This document shows positions 1 to 13,694 of a stretch of 64,000 nt of DNA, piece after piece; position 1 is the first letter of the stretch, and every line of letters begins with the position of its first letter. The DNA comes from Octopus sinensis (Eukaryota), in NCBI RefSeq assembly GCF_006345805.1, contig NC_043001.1, forward strand, positions 108,934,001 to 108,998,000, given 5' to 3'. The notes beneath the pieces are model-generated. The model searched no databases and was not told the origin of the DNA. It saw nothing but the letters and a program-made list of their open reading frames with translations. The position numbers and the translations under genes were made by a program.

Positions 1-242
1 TTATTTTTTTTACATGTTTATAAAACTCAAATCGAAACAAATTCGCTAAGAATTTATGCAACAATTTCTTTAGAATCAACACATCCAGATTAAGTAAAAG
101 ACAATACTATTCCAATGGGACAAATTTGTGCCTAGAACACAGCGTCTTTAGCTGCTCCGCAACCAATTCAAATTTCTGTTTTGTTTTGCATATTAATTAA
201 GTTCCAATTTAGTATTGAGTTTATAAATATTATCTCTCTTTC

Positions 243-823
243 ATGTGAGGGTAAGCTGAAAACTTCATGAACTGGCTATGAAGGAGTGATGCTAGACCTA
301 TTATATCTTGCATGTATTAATTTCAACTCTTCTAATTAATAACTGCATCGTTTCTTGCCAGGCTAACTGACATCTGACATCAAAGAGGACATTAAAAGTA
401 ACTAGTAGCGACTTCTCTTTGAAATAGACAAGATTTGGAAACTTTGTGTTATCAAGTATCTGTAGAAAAATGGTTTAGCCCCGAACGACATTCATGTTGG
501 CATGGTTGCTACATTAGGGGATGACACTCAAGCTTCATCAACAGTGTAAACGTGGGTATCTGAAATTAGGAGGGGAGGGCAGAGTCTTGAAGATGACCCA
601 AGGTCTGAACGTCCTGTAACTGCCACCACTGAAGAAAACATTGACCGTGTTTACCACATGATGATGGAAGGCAGGCGATTGACTCTAATAGCCAATGCTA
701 TTAGGATATCCCGTTAGAGAGCTGAGAATATTCTGTATAATGAACTTGGAATGACGGAGGCTGCTGCTCAGTGGATGTCACGTCTTCTGACGTCTGATCA
801 AAAGCGCACCAGACTGACCATAT
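243..823 (+). mobile_element. Decayed mariner (Tc1/mariner) element, 5' half
   Basis: Manual translation from 424: IDKIWKLCVIKYL*KNGLAPNDIH...STV*TWVSEIRRGGQSLEDDPRSERPVTATTEENIDRV...ELGMTEAAAQWMSRLLTSDQKRTRL. This is the mariner HTH region with a degenerate WVPRLL motif and in-frame stops. A TIR-like start (gagggtaagctgaaaacttc) lies near 245. The catalytic half is missing. Confidence 0.8.
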
Positions 824-1058
824 GTGGAACTTCATACAATATATCTATTTATCTATATATCTATATATATAGTTTCGGGGTGGTCATTTTTTTTCTTGCC
901 AAATAAACACACGCATTATATATTTGTTCTTCACACTTTTATTATTGTTCTTATTTTATGTTATGTCCACTGTCTAGAAATCTTTCGTCACACATTTATC
1001 ACCTCTTCAGCGAATCTTCTATCCCACGTGTTATCTCCTGTTCTGCTTCGTTCATTCT

Positions 1059-1092
<34 letters not shown>

Positions 1093-1386
1093 TATAATTT
1101 TGTGATGAAATATAAAGATGTTATCCCACTTTGATGAAATATAAAGATGTTATCTGACAATTTTCTATCCATCAGTAACTAATTTAATAGATGCAGATAA
1201 GAAAATCGGCTTAACTCGGTTTCATATTATTCCAACATTTGTCTGAAATTGGGAAAGCGTGTTAGATAGATGCAAGAAAAATTAACGTTAGTGTGTCGAA
1301 TTTCAACGCGAGAGAACGTTCGTTAAAGAAAATTACATATCAACACACATCATATTTAATTTTCACAGTGTCTGTTACCGTACCTG

Positions 1387-1440
<54 letters not shown>

Positions 1441-1891
1441 CACACACACCACACACACACAGGCCCACACACACAGAGACCCATGCACACACATGTATAT
1501 TTTAGGTCATACTATTCAACCTTTCACCTCTAGTTATCAATATTTTTTGCTATCAATGCGTTAAAACATTTGATACGTAGAACCATATCAATGAAATAGT
1601 TACGGCACAAAATAGTGATTATTTTTGGCCAAAATATAAACATATGCACACCCACACATGCACACACACACACACACAAAACACAAAAACACACACATAT
1701 TTATATGTTATATTATATATATATATTATATATATATATTATATATATATGAAAAAAAGTCAAATAGAAAGGCTAAAATAATTTATAAAAATATTTCAGT
1801 ACCGTTTCAGTCATTGAGACTTTTTCAACTGTAAGTATGGAAAAAGATTAAATTTTAGAAGAATTAAAAAAGTTTTTAAAAGAATATTTGC

Positions 1892-2268
1892 GAGTGGCTG
1901 TGTGGTAAGTAGCTTGTTTACCAACCACATGGTTCAGGGTTCAGTCCCACTGCGTGGCACCTTGGGCAAATGTCTTCTACTATAGCCTCGGGCCGACGAA
2001 AGCCTTGTGAGTGGATTTGGTAGACGGAAACTGAAAGAAGCCTGTCGTATATATATATATATATGTATGTGTATGTGTTTGTCCCCTTAGCATTGCTTGA
2101 CAACCGATGCTGGTGTGTTTATGTCCCCGTTACTTAGCGGTTCGGCAAAAGAGACCGATAGAATAAGTACTGGGCTTACAAAAGAATAAGTCCCGGGGTC
2201 GAGTTGCTCGATTAAAGGCGGTGCTCCAGCATGGCCGCAGTCAAATGACTGAAACAAGTAAAAAAAAA
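1892..2268 (+). mobile_element. tRNA-derived SINE family F1, near full length, with internal (TA)n(TG)n
   Basis: Head gtggctgtgtggtaagtagc...ggttcagtccc (A/B-box-like), internal microsatellite, tail ...ggcggtgctccagcatggccgcagtcaaatgactgaaacaagtaaaa. The same sequence recurs many times in the window. Confidence 0.85.
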
Positions 2269-2429
2269 TAGTGTTCAAATACAAGTGGCATTTTCCTTGT
2301 TTCTGCCTGTCTCTGTCTCTGTCTGTCTGTCTGTCTGTCTGTTCTGTCTCTCTCTCTCTCTCTCCCTCTCCCACTCTCTCTCTCTCTCCCTCTCTATATA
2401 TATATATATATATATATAATATATTAATA

Positions 2430-2625
2430 ATATGTAGAAAAATACAAACTGGGACAAGGACGCAAAACACTTAGAAGACGATACAAAAAACACAGACGGG
2501 ACATTCGAAGCCCTCAATCTTCAGTCAAGAACCGGATCATCGTAGCAATTTCGGCTGATTAATCTTGAGATCGCTCCGATCCGGCCAGCCCCCAGGAAAA
2601 ACTGAGCTACGAGCATTAGAAAAGC
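2430..2625 (-). repeat. Interspersed repeat (possibly a Penelope-like terminus), homologous to 63560-63775
   Basis: Its reverse complement matches ggggctggccggatcggagcgatctca(a/g)gattaatcagccgaaattgc...gactgaagatt.gaggcttcgaatg.cccgtc at 63630-63730. Classification is inference. Confidence 0.6.
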
Positions 2626-3244
2626 TAAGCTATATATATATATATGTATGTATATATTGGTGTATATACATATACATACATACTGACAAACAAATATGCT
2701 TAGATATACGTACTACAGTGAACGATTACAATCTTAAAATTGACACTACAAGAAATAAAGAAATAAAAAAAACATTCAAAATTAATTAAAAAAAAACAAA
2801 ATTACACCAACAGAAAGGGTAAATGAAGGCAATTTTTTACCAACATGTATAATTGGAAATCCATAAAAATGAAATATGGCTTCAATGAAAGAAAGTGAAA
2901 TTGCATACCATATAGCTATCTAATTAACGCTGTATATATTTTATATATTCAAAATGATATTTGTACTGTGTTAATAATTAGGCCTCGGTATTTCGTTTTC
3001 AGATCTATACTAATAGCATTAATTTTTTGTCTTTAACATTATGGTTAAATGTATTAGAGTAATTACGTTCAAGACAATAATTGCTTTTCGTGATTGATAT
3101 CTTATTAATTTGTTTGCTAATTATCTCTAGAGAAATTGGCAACTCATTAAATGCATGATCGTTAAATCTCTACGATTCACACGTACGCCTATAACGCGCA
3201 AATGGCCGCATCTTTTCAAAACGCTGAGCTATCCACACTATTAT

Positions 3245-3269
3245 TTATGTATGTATGTTTGTATGTTTG

Positions 3270-3356
<87 letters not shown>

Positions 3357-3491
3357 TATATATATATATATATATATATCGCTCTATCGATATATCTATT
3401 CATCTCTCTAGACATATCTATAACGTTACCACACCACGTTATGCATGTACATAATATTTATATCTATCTATCTGATGTATACCTGCGTGTA

Positions 3492-3544
<53 letters not shown>

Positions 3545-3650
3545 TATATCTTAATATATATATATATTATATCTGTCTGTCTATTAATCTGTCTATCTAT
3601 CTATCTATCTATCTATCTCTGGTCGAAACGATCTAAGTTTTATCTAGTTT

Positions 3651-3681
<31 letters not shown>

Positions 3682-3728
3682 TATATATATAACATATCTA
3701 TCTATCTATCTGTCTGTCTATTTATCTG

Positions 3729-3772
<44 letters not shown>

Positions 3773-3796
3773 GCTATCTATCTATCTATCTATCTA

Positions 3797-3860
<64 letters not shown>

Positions 3861-3911
3861 CTATCCTATTTTACTGTCTATCTATCTATTTATCTATCTA
3901 TCTATCCATCC

Positions 3912-3956
<45 letters not shown>

Positions 3957-3960
3957 CTAG
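3245..3960. repeat. Compound (TATG)n/(TATC)n/(TA)n microsatellite field
   Basis: Direct reading; the YLSI/IYIY ORFs arise from it. Confidence 0.95.
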
Positions 3961-4142
3961 CCTGCTTGCCTAACACGCGTATGTGTGTGCACGTGCGTGT
4001 GTGTGTGTCTATGTGTGTATGTGTCTGAGCGTGTATATGTATGTGTACGTGTGTGAATGTGTAAGCATGTGTATGTATATGCATGCGTGCGTGCGTTTGT
4101 GTATGAGTTTGTGCATCATTTGAAGGTTAAAACAGTTCAAAA

Positions 4143-4171
4143 GCATCTATTAGCCTAGTCGGTCACGTGAT

Positions 4172-4251
<80 letters not shown>

Positions 4252-4440
4252 ATCGACCAGACTATCGGATGTTATGCATCGCTTGTCACAATGCACTTCT
4301 GCGTTGTTTTAGCTTCGAAATATTGCCCGCTCGTTGGTGGGGAAGGATGGGGTGGTGGTGGTGGTGGTGGTGCAGTCTGCCACGGGGTTACTCATTTAAT
4401 CGTGAGTGGGCATGTGGAGCAACGTGAAGTGGAGTGTCTT
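4143..4440 (-). mobile_element. SINE family F3 fragment (core plus tail type d), interrupted by (TA)n(TG)n
   Basis: The minus strand has the F3 core caagacactccacttcacgttgctcca...aaatgagtaa. The tail is split at ~4197-4245 by a microsatellite. Confidence 0.55.
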
Positions 4441-4529
4441 GTTTAAGAGGACATTGGCCAGCTCAGTCCGGAAATCGAAGCCAAGTTTAAAGATCGCGAG
4501 AGCAACACCCAAGACTCACAACAACACGG

Positions 4530-4975
4530 CTTCACTACACACACACACACACACGCACGCACGCACACACAGATGAACACACATATACACACAAGCGCAC
4601 ACACACACGCACACACGCCCTCATACACACACGTGCACACACAGACACGCGCGTTCACTCAGCCGCACACACACACATAGACACATGCATACGCCTGCAC
4701 ACACACATAGGCACACAGACGCACACACGCATACACACACATACACACGCAAACGTGCACACATACACTGACGCAGACGCACACATACACGAACACACAT
4801 ATACACACACAGATACGCACACACATACACACGCACAGACTCATACACACATATACACATATATACACACACAGATACACATACATACGCGCACATACAC
4901 ATACATGCACATACACACACAGACACATACTCACACACACACACGAACACACACACACTCACACATACACAAACA
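4530..4975. repeat. Degenerate (CA)n field
   Basis: Direct reading. Confidence 0.9.
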
Positions 4976-5321
4976 CCGTGAATATAAAGACGACGAACAT
5001 CTGCTAAGCATTTTGTTTCCTATGTTAACGATTCTGTCAGCTTCCTGCCTTTGACCACACATAATATTAACTATTGCAATAATTAGTCATGTAATTATTA
5101 AAAAAAAAAAAATATATATATATAATTATAATCAAAGAAGCAACAAGAATGACTCAGGTAATTTGGCACAATGTTTTCGCACTACATCATTTTATTAAAT
5201 GTGTATTACAACAGATTTAAGATGCTGAGTACTCATCAGCCAATTATAGAGTGTTTTCCATTAATACAAAAGTTTATATTATAATATATATATATATATA
5301 TTATATATATATATATATATA

Positions 5322-5728
5322 AGTGCAGTCGTGGCTTGTGTTAAGTAGCTTGCTTACCAACCACTTGGTTCCAGATTCAGTTCCAGTGCGTGACACCTTG
5401 GGCAGAGTCTTGTACTATAACTTCGGGCCGCCAAAGCCTTGTGAATGGATTTGTTAGACGGAAACTGAAAGAAGCCCTCGTATATATATATATATATATT
5501 ATTATATACACACAAATGTGTGTGAGTTTGTGTGTGTGTATGCTTGTGTGTCCGTGTTTGACAACCGATGCTGGTGTATTTACTTCCCGTAACTGAGCGG
5601 TTCAGCAAAAGAGACCGATAGAATAAATACTAGGCTTACAAAGAATAAGTCCCGGGGACAGTTTGTTCAACTAAAGGCGGTGCTCCTCTATGGGCGCAGT
5701 CAAATGACTGAAACTAGTGAAAGAATAA
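5322..5728 (+). mobile_element. SINE F1, full length with internal microsatellite
   Basis: Same head, internal repeat and tail as 1892-2268. Confidence 0.85.
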
Positions 5729-5914
5729 ACCTAACGAGAGAGCTTCTTCTGAGGTCAAGAGAAAGATTCTACAGAACAAAGAAGTCTACTGAGTCAATGT
5801 GAGAGATTCTACAGACCTAATGGAGTCTGTATTGAGCCATTGCGGAGACTTGACACACTCTCCCGACATGTTAGATTAATCACGCATCACACGTTAATGA
5901 AAGAAGAGATATTC

Positions 5915-6535
5915 ATTTGTATTCTAGGCACAAGGCCTGAAATTTTTCTGTGGAGAGGATGCCAATCAATTAAATCAACCCCAGTAGGCAACTGGTACTT
6001 CATTTATATACCCCGAAAGGATGAAAGGCAAAGTCGACCTCGGGGGAATTTGAACTCAGACTGTAAAGACAGCCGAAATACCGTTTGGCATTTCGCCCGT
6101 TGTTCTAACGTTTCTTATTTCTTTATTGCCAACAAGGGGCTAAACATAGAGGGGACAAACAAGGATAGACAAACGGATTAAGTCGATTACATCGACCCAG
6201 TGCGTAACTGGTACTTAATTTATCGACCCCTAAATGATGAAAGGCAAAGTCGACCTCGGCATAGCATTTCGACCGGCGGGCTAAAGTTTCTGCCAGCTCA
6301 CGTATTTAATAATAATAACAATCTTTTCTACTCTAGGCACAAGGCCCGAATTTTGGGGAGGGAGCCAGTCGATTAGATCGATTCCAGAACGCAAATGGTA
6401 CTTTATTTATAGACCCCGAAAGGATGAAGGCAAAGCTGACCTTCGGCAGAATTTGAACTCAGGACGTAACGACAGACAAAATACCGCCAAGTATTTCGCC
6501 CGGCGTGCTAACGATTCTGCCAGCTCGCCGCCTAA
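5915..6535 (-). mobile_element. Cluster of three SINE F2 copies (tail types B, A, B)
   Basis: Repeated gctggcagaa.cgttagc...gagttcaaattcc.ccgaggtcgactttgcctttcatcctttcggggtcgataaattaagtaccagt on the minus strand. Confidence 0.85.
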
Positions 6536-8713
6536 TAAAAGAAGAGATATTGGCGAATATAGTCTCTGACGCACACACACATAGCCGCACACACACAGAG
6601 ACGCACATGCACCACACGCATACTCACACACATAGACACACAGACACACAGACACACACATACATACTCACACATGCACACACAGATGCACATGCACAGA
6701 TACACACACCTACACACACAAACGCACACACACATACACACATACGCAGACGCATACGCACATGTAAACAACACACACATACAAACACACACACGCACAC
6801 ACTCACATACACACACAGACGTACACATTGCCGTTCCTATTTTTCCCACTTCCACCTGTTCAATCTTCTTGTTCTCCAAAGAGTAAACCTTGTAAGTAAT
6901 GGTTTTTCTCTCCATGTTTTCCATGATTCTTTTCGGGGGGAGTCAACTTCACCTCACCTCCCACCTTCTGTGTCACCTTGCCATACTCCTTCAATCCAGC
7001 TAGGTCCACCTCCCTCCTCTTCACCGTCGCAGCCTCAGCAAAACTCTTTGTCTTTTCCAAATATTTCTCCATTTTTTCACCGCCTCAACGAGCTCCTCAT
7101 CCGCTGAAGATAACTCAGACCCACTAAGGTCTGAATACATTGTCTCTATAGTGAGATAATATACCTATTTCTTTACTATCCACAAGGGGCTAAACACAGA
7201 GGGGACAAGCAGGACAGACAAACGGATTAAGTCGATTATATCAACCCCAGTGAGTAACTGCTAATTATTTATCGACCCCGAAAGGATGAAAGGCAAAGTC
7301 GACCTCAGCGGAATTTGAACTCAGAACGTGGCGGCAGACGAAATACCGCTAAGCATTTCGCCCGGCGTGCTAACGTTTCTGGCAGCTCGCCGCATTGCCA
7401 GTGAGATAATAACCTATTTGCTTATTACCCACAAGGGGCTAAACATAGAGGGGACAAACAAGGATAGACAAACGGATTAAGTCGATTACATCGACCCAGT
7501 GCGTAACTGGTACTTAATTTATCGACCCCTAAAGGATGAAAGGCAAAGTCGACCTCGGCATAAAGTTTCTGCCAGCTCACGTATTTAATAATAATAACAA
7601 TCTTTTCTACTCTAGGCACAAGGCCCGAAGTTTTGGGGGAGGGAGCCAGTCGATTAGATCGATTCCAGAACGCAAATGGTACTTAATTTATAGACCCCGA
7701 AAGGATGAAAGGCAAAGCTGACCTTCGGCAGAATTTGAACTCAGGACGTAACGACAGACAAAATACCGCCAAGTATTTCGCCCGGCGTGCTAACGATTCT
7801 GCCAGCTCGCCGCCTAATAAAAGAAGAGATATTGGCGAATATAGTCTCTGACGCACACACACATAGCCGCACACACAGAGACGCACATGCACCACACGCA
7901 TACTCACACACATAGACACACAGACACACAGACACACACATACATACTCACACATGCACACACAGATGCACATGCACAGATACACACACCTACACACACA
8001 AACGCACACACACATACACACATACGCAGACGCATACGCACATGTAAACAACACACACATACAAACACACACACGCACACACTCACATACACACACAGAC
8101 GTACACATTGCCGTTCCTATTTTTTTCCCCACTTCCACCTGTCAATCTTCTTGTTCTCCAAGAGAAAACCTTGTAAGTAATGGTTTTTCTCTCCATGTTT
8201 TCCATGATTCTTTTCGGGGGGAGTCAATTCACCTCAACCTCCCACCTTCTGTGTCACCTTGCCATACTCCTTCATCCAGCTAGGTCCACCTCCCTCCTCT
8301 TCACCGTCGCAGCCTCAGCAAAACTCTTTGTCTTTTCCAAATATTTCTCCATTTTTTCACCGCCTCAACGAGCTCCTCATCCGCTGAAGATAACTCAGAC
8401 CCACTAAGGTCTGAATACATTGTCTCTATAGTGAGATAATATACCTATTTCTTTACTATCCACAAGGGGCTAAACACAGAGGGGACAAGCAAGGACAGAC
8501 AAACGGATTAAGTCGATTATATCAACCCCAGTGAGTAACTGCTACTTATTTAATCGACCCCGAAAGGATGAAAGGCAAAGTCGACCTCAGCGGAATTTGA
8601 ACTCAGAACGTGGCGGCAGACGAAATACCGCTAAGCATTTCGCCCGGCGTGCTAACGTTTCTGCCAGCTCGCCGCATTGCCAGTGAGATAATATACCTAT
8701 TTGCTTATTACCC
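6132..8713. repeat. Tandem duplication, two ~1.29-kb copies (6132-7430 and 7431-8713)
   Basis: SINEs, the CA field and the unique segment repeat in the same order and are near-identical. They differ by single-base indels and one ~20-bp deletion. Confidence 0.92.
6832..7140 (-). mobile_element. Probable LINE ORF1 N-terminal fragment, frameshifted (duplicated at ~8107-8420)
   Basis: Joining frames gives MYSDLSGSELSSADEELVEAVKK/MEKYLEKTKSFAEAATVKRRE...LTPPE/RIMENMERKTITYKVYSLENKKIEQVEVGK. The acidic start and SFAEAA motif resemble L1/Tx1-type ORF1 (recalled resemblance). Confidence 0.45.
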
Positions 8714-9201
8714 ACAAGGGGCTAAACATAGAGGGGACAAACAATGAGAGACATAGGTATTAAGTCGATGACATCGACCCCAGTGCGCAACTGGTACTTA
8801 ATTTATCGACCCCGAAAGGATGAAAGGCAAAGTCGACCTCGGCTGAATTTGAACTCAGAACGCAGCGGCAGACGAAATACCACTAGGCATTTCGCCCGGC
8901 GTGCTAACGTTTCTGCCAGCTCGCCGCCTTGCCAGTGAGATAATATACCTATTTCTTTATTACCCACAAGGGGCTAAACATAGAGGGGACAAACAAGGAC
9001 AGGCATAGGTATTAAGTCGATTACATCGACCCCAGTGCGCAACTGGTACTTAATTTGTCGACCCCGAAAGGATGAAAGGCAAAGTCGACCTCGGCGGAAT
9101 TTGAACTCAGAACGCAGCGGCAGACGAAATACCACTAGGCATTTCGCCCGGCGTGCTAACTTTTCTGCCAGCTCACCGCCTTGCCAGTGAGATAATATAC
9201 C
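8430..9201 (-). mobile_element. Head-to-tail array of three full SINE F2-A monomers, period 252 bp, separated by a 16-bp TSD-like spacer
   Basis: agtgagataatatacc occurs at 8430, 8682, 8934 and 9186, with a full SINE between each pair. Confidence 0.9.
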
Positions 9202-10159
9202 GTTAAACCGCTGTCAAGTAGCACAAACAATCACGTCCGACTTGTCCAAAATCAACAAAGCAAAACATCTTCGAATGCGCGGAAGTAAGCAAGCTACTTA
9301 CCACACAGCCACTCCTGCGCCTATAACAATGTTGAAGAAACACTTTTATATTTTTTTACTATTTTCTCAACGGAGAGATGATTTGTATGCTATAGTTTCT
9401 ATACAAAATATCTTTTTTTTAAACAGCACTGTGGGAATCACTGCACATAGCTTTTGTCGATATTCCTGTCAGAAATTTTATATGGGTTCTATCATGTGTA
9501 TTTTCTCAAGTTAAATTTTACTTTTATTTAAAAAAATTATAATGAATCTGTGGTACCAAAGACGTTGTATGAGAAATAATAGAAAAATTTCACAAAGACT
9601 CGAAATGATAACGGCCATATTGAAAACTGAAGACAGATTAATGTGACAGTGGTGGGGTAAGTACTATGACAACCGTATTCATGAGATAACTTGCTGTAAT
9701 TTTATGAGCGGTTCTACAGCGACCTTATTCCCCTGGTGGATGTCAAGCAACCTTAAAATAACTGACGTGCAAATAAGGTTGATATTTATTTTAATTCAAA
9801 CATTACATGTTCTCTGTCAATAGTCAATGAGAGAAAATATCAGTCGTATACGGTTATAGATAGTATCGGTTATACTGATTCTGCAAATTTGTAACACTGT
9901 GCTTGTGAGAACGAATCCTTGTTCTTACCTCTGCATATTGTTATCACTGCTTTCACGGAGGTAACGTGAGGATAATAATGATCAAACATGTAAATATTTA
10001 GAACATGTTTATTGGGTATTAAAACATTTTAAAACAACATTTCGTAATACACACATGAAAGATAGTAAATGAGCATTGAACAATTGCATCCCTACAGCTA
10101 TTTAGAAAATATATTAATATTGCGGAACATACACACTCGTTCACAAATGCGTAAACAGA

Positions 10160-10241
10160 TTTAAACATTATACATTATATACATACATTCATACATATAC
10201 ATACATACATAAAATCCATACAGATACATACATACAAACAA

Positions 10242-10292
<51 letters not shown>

Positions 10293-10497
10293 TTCATACA
10301 TATACATAGATATAAATATATGGATATATATATATATATATGTATATAATTGTATACTTGAAATATGTGTATATGTATATGCATGTATATATATTTTTAT
10401 ACACACACACACACACATATATATACGCATGCAAATATATGTGTATATATATATATACCTGTGTATATATATATATAATATATATATATTCACACAC

Positions 10498-10529
<32 letters not shown>

Positions 10530-10775
10530 GTGTATATATTATATGTTTATTTGTATAAATCATATATATGCCGGCGTATATATACATTTTTATAAATACG
10601 TATATAATCTGTGTTACTATACAAGTGTGAATGCATCTAATATACAGTAATACATTTATATACGTATATATAATATATATATATATTTATATATATATTT
10701 ATATATATATATATGAGTATGTGTGTGTGTGTTTATGTGTTGGTGTGTTGGTGTGTTGGTGTGTTGGTGTGTTAA
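10160..10775. repeat. (TA)n/(CA)n/(TACA)n field ending in (GTGTTG GT) 8-mer repeats
   Basis: Direct reading. Confidence 0.9.
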
Positions 10776-12215
10776 AATTCTGGAAAAATATGAGATAACA
10801 GCCAGAAGATATTTGATGAATGAAATGTCTCCGCTATCTCTCTGCCTGAAGACTAACTAAAGAAATCTCTTCACAGACTCATTGATCAATTATTGCCAGC
10901 AGGTGACAATAGCCAGATTTGGTAATCCTTCAAATGTTTGTTGATAAGCATTTTATAAACTTAAATGACCACTGTAAGCTAAGAACCAAAAAATCTAAAA
11001 AACTCTAAAACTGAAAAGCTCAACAAGAACATATAAGTAAAAGTTTCAAAACACGCTGTTCATACAAATACAAGAAACTGCACTCAATACAAAGCGATGT
11101 AATGTAAATTACTTATATTTGAAACGCCATGATTTCTATTGTAAGTTTTCGTACTGGAGCTGTCTGTCAACCGTGGCGGCTTATTATAAACAGACGTCTT
11201 TTCTAATCGCACAGTGTACGAAACGAATAGCAGAAAACGATTGCTGATGGCCGTCTCGCTCAAATTTCGTACATCGAAATTTAGGATGATAGCTCGATTT
11301 TTGGAAGGATAAAAAAATTGCATTTCTTAAGGATGGTAGACATTTCAGTAAATTTTCCAATATTCGAAATAATTCTTCTAGAGAGAGATTATTGAAAATC
11401 TTTTGAGAATGGGGACTAATTTTGGAGAATGGGACGTTTTAGAATTGTGGAGGAAATATTGGCAAGGTCAGTTAATTTGATGCGAACTGACAAATTCTTG
11501 TGTTTTTTGTTTAGTTCCAAGTGAGTGATAGTCGAGTAACTTTAACCAAAATTGTCGGAGCCAAGACCAACAAGTATATTGCGTTGATTTAGTACTACTG
11601 AGCCCTTTCTGTTTTAAAACATTTCTGGGAAATATCATGTTAATGACTTTTGTAATGTAAAAGAGGAGTAGAGACGAGCATAGTGTGTATATATGTATAT
11701 ATATAAATTTAAATTTAAAATGAGGGTGAATTAGATATAAATTTAATTAACATCGATTTCACACCAGTGGTCTAGCATATAAAAAAAAACTGAATGTTCA
11801 GTAAAATTGTATGCAATTCTGCAAATGATATTCATTTGGACGGTCACACCGAAGATCTACGGATAGCTTACGTAAGTAAAATTACGTAATATGGTGATAG
11901 TGAAACATGTATGTAAATAATCCATATTTTTATTGCTTTTCTTTTGTCTTGCTCGATTACGTTTTGATTGTTTTGCTGAATTTTTCTGGAGAACATTTCT
12001 TAGTGGTAAACCATAGCGGATCTATTTCTAGCATAAGGGTGTCCACATAGTGGTTTCCCTCTAATATGTATATATATATATATATATATACATTTATCCT
12101 TGGTGATGTATGTGTATATTTATATATGTATAAGTGTTTGCATACATGAATATATTAACGTGGAAAAAGACTGTTAGATAGGCAGATATCTGTGACAGAT
12201 AGATAGAGAAATATC

Positions 12216-12247
<32 letters not shown>

Positions 12248-12829
12248 AAAAGAGAGAGATTGGAAACGAAAGCAACATAGAAAGCGTAAGAGGACTCTTA
12301 ATGAATACCATTTGTTCAATTGTCATCAATAATGATCTTTCCATGAGAAAAAGAAAAGACATCGTATAATTTATAGAAGTTAAAGCATATTTGTGTGCAA
12401 ACCTGTGAGCGTGGATTTATGCAAGCGTGCCTCAGTATGACGTGAATGAGTGTGTGTGTGTGTGTGTGTGTGTTGTGTGTGTAGCTAGGGGGAGGACCAA
12501 ATCTGTCAATCAAGAGAGCAAAAGAGAGAGACAGAGGATGGAGAGAGATTCGGTCATAGAAAGATGATGACAGCAAGCACCAACAATCAAGTACATTTGT
12601 TCATTTGTCATTAGTTATGATCTTTTCAGCAAGAAAAAAGTTAATGTATGGTTCAAGAAATGGCTTTAATATGGCAGCACATCAGAGTCACCTTTTTTTT
12701 TTTATAAATGGGAATATGAACGCATAACCGAGTCAAAGAGAAAGAATATCGCAAAAATTCAACTAAGTATTGATATAAATTTCGAGGAAACTACAGATTC
12801 ATTACATTTTGAGCGTGTACCGACTTCTT

Positions 12830-12872
<43 letters not shown>

Positions 12873-12891
12873 CATACATACATTTCGCAAT

Positions 12892-13027
12892 GATAGATCG
12901 CTAGCCAATACACATTCATTTTCTCTCCCTGTTTCTTTCTGTGTTCCTTTCTGTGGAAAAGCGTAGGCTCGAAACGTTAAAGAGTCTTTCACTTCTCGAG
13001 CGTTAAACTAATACATCTGCTTGCTGT
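12892..13027 (+). mobile_element. Penelope-like short unit (subfamily Y) with hammerhead-like motif, truncated by a SINE
   Basis: cttt-CTGTGGA-a-aagc-gtag-gctc-GAAA-cg-tt-aaag at 12947-12982, homologous to 30718, 41892, 43290 and 52778. Confidence 0.65.
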
Positions 13028-13694
13028 CAAATTCAGTGGAGGTTGACTTTACCTTTCATTCTTTCGGGGTCGATGAAATAAAGTATCAGTTGAGCACCTT
13101 GAGCACCTCCTCCTCCTTCGATATTTGAAACCATTATTCAATAATTTGGTGTCGATGCTATCGATTATCTCCTCTCACAAAATTTCAGGCTTTGTGCCTA
13201 TGAGAGAAAGGATAATTAAAGTGGAACATCGTTAAGTGAGAGATCTCTCAGTGAAATATTACTGTGTAATGAATACAACCGGTGTAATGGCATGACTTAG
13301 ATTATTCTAAACAGCCCATAATGACTTAAATCACAGCGAAAAGATATGAACTCAAAAGATTTAAGGACTGTAGCAAAAGACACTTAATCCTCCGCTCTTG
13401 CAGTTCAACCAGCTTATTGCTTTCCTTTCTTTTATTCCAGTCTAACTACCCTCGTTTAGAAAACATCTCCGTAATGTCACCGTTGTCTTCTATAACTAAG
13501 TTAGGAGAGGAGCGGGACGTGGTATATAATAAAACAATAATACGCCAAAGGGATTTTGTCTCGTAATCATTGTAAAGAAACAGATTACATTTAACAAACA
13601 AGCCTAAACCGGCCATATTGAAATAGTTAATGAAAGTGTAGCTTGGCACATTTTACTTTTGTTAGCATTTTCTCTTTATTTTCCTTCTGCTTAG

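Noticed and set aside
8430-9201. CRISPR-like look of the repeat-spacer array
   Set aside because: The long units are SINEs, the short constant part is a TSD, there are no cas genes, and the context is eukaryotic.
11868-11889. Two TTACGTAA (PAR-bZIP-like) palindromes 14 bp apart; also a doubled CACGTG at ~4172-4186 and TGACGTCA near 28088
   Set aside because: These are short motifs with no identifiable promoter or gene. The doubled E-box lies within a SINE tail.
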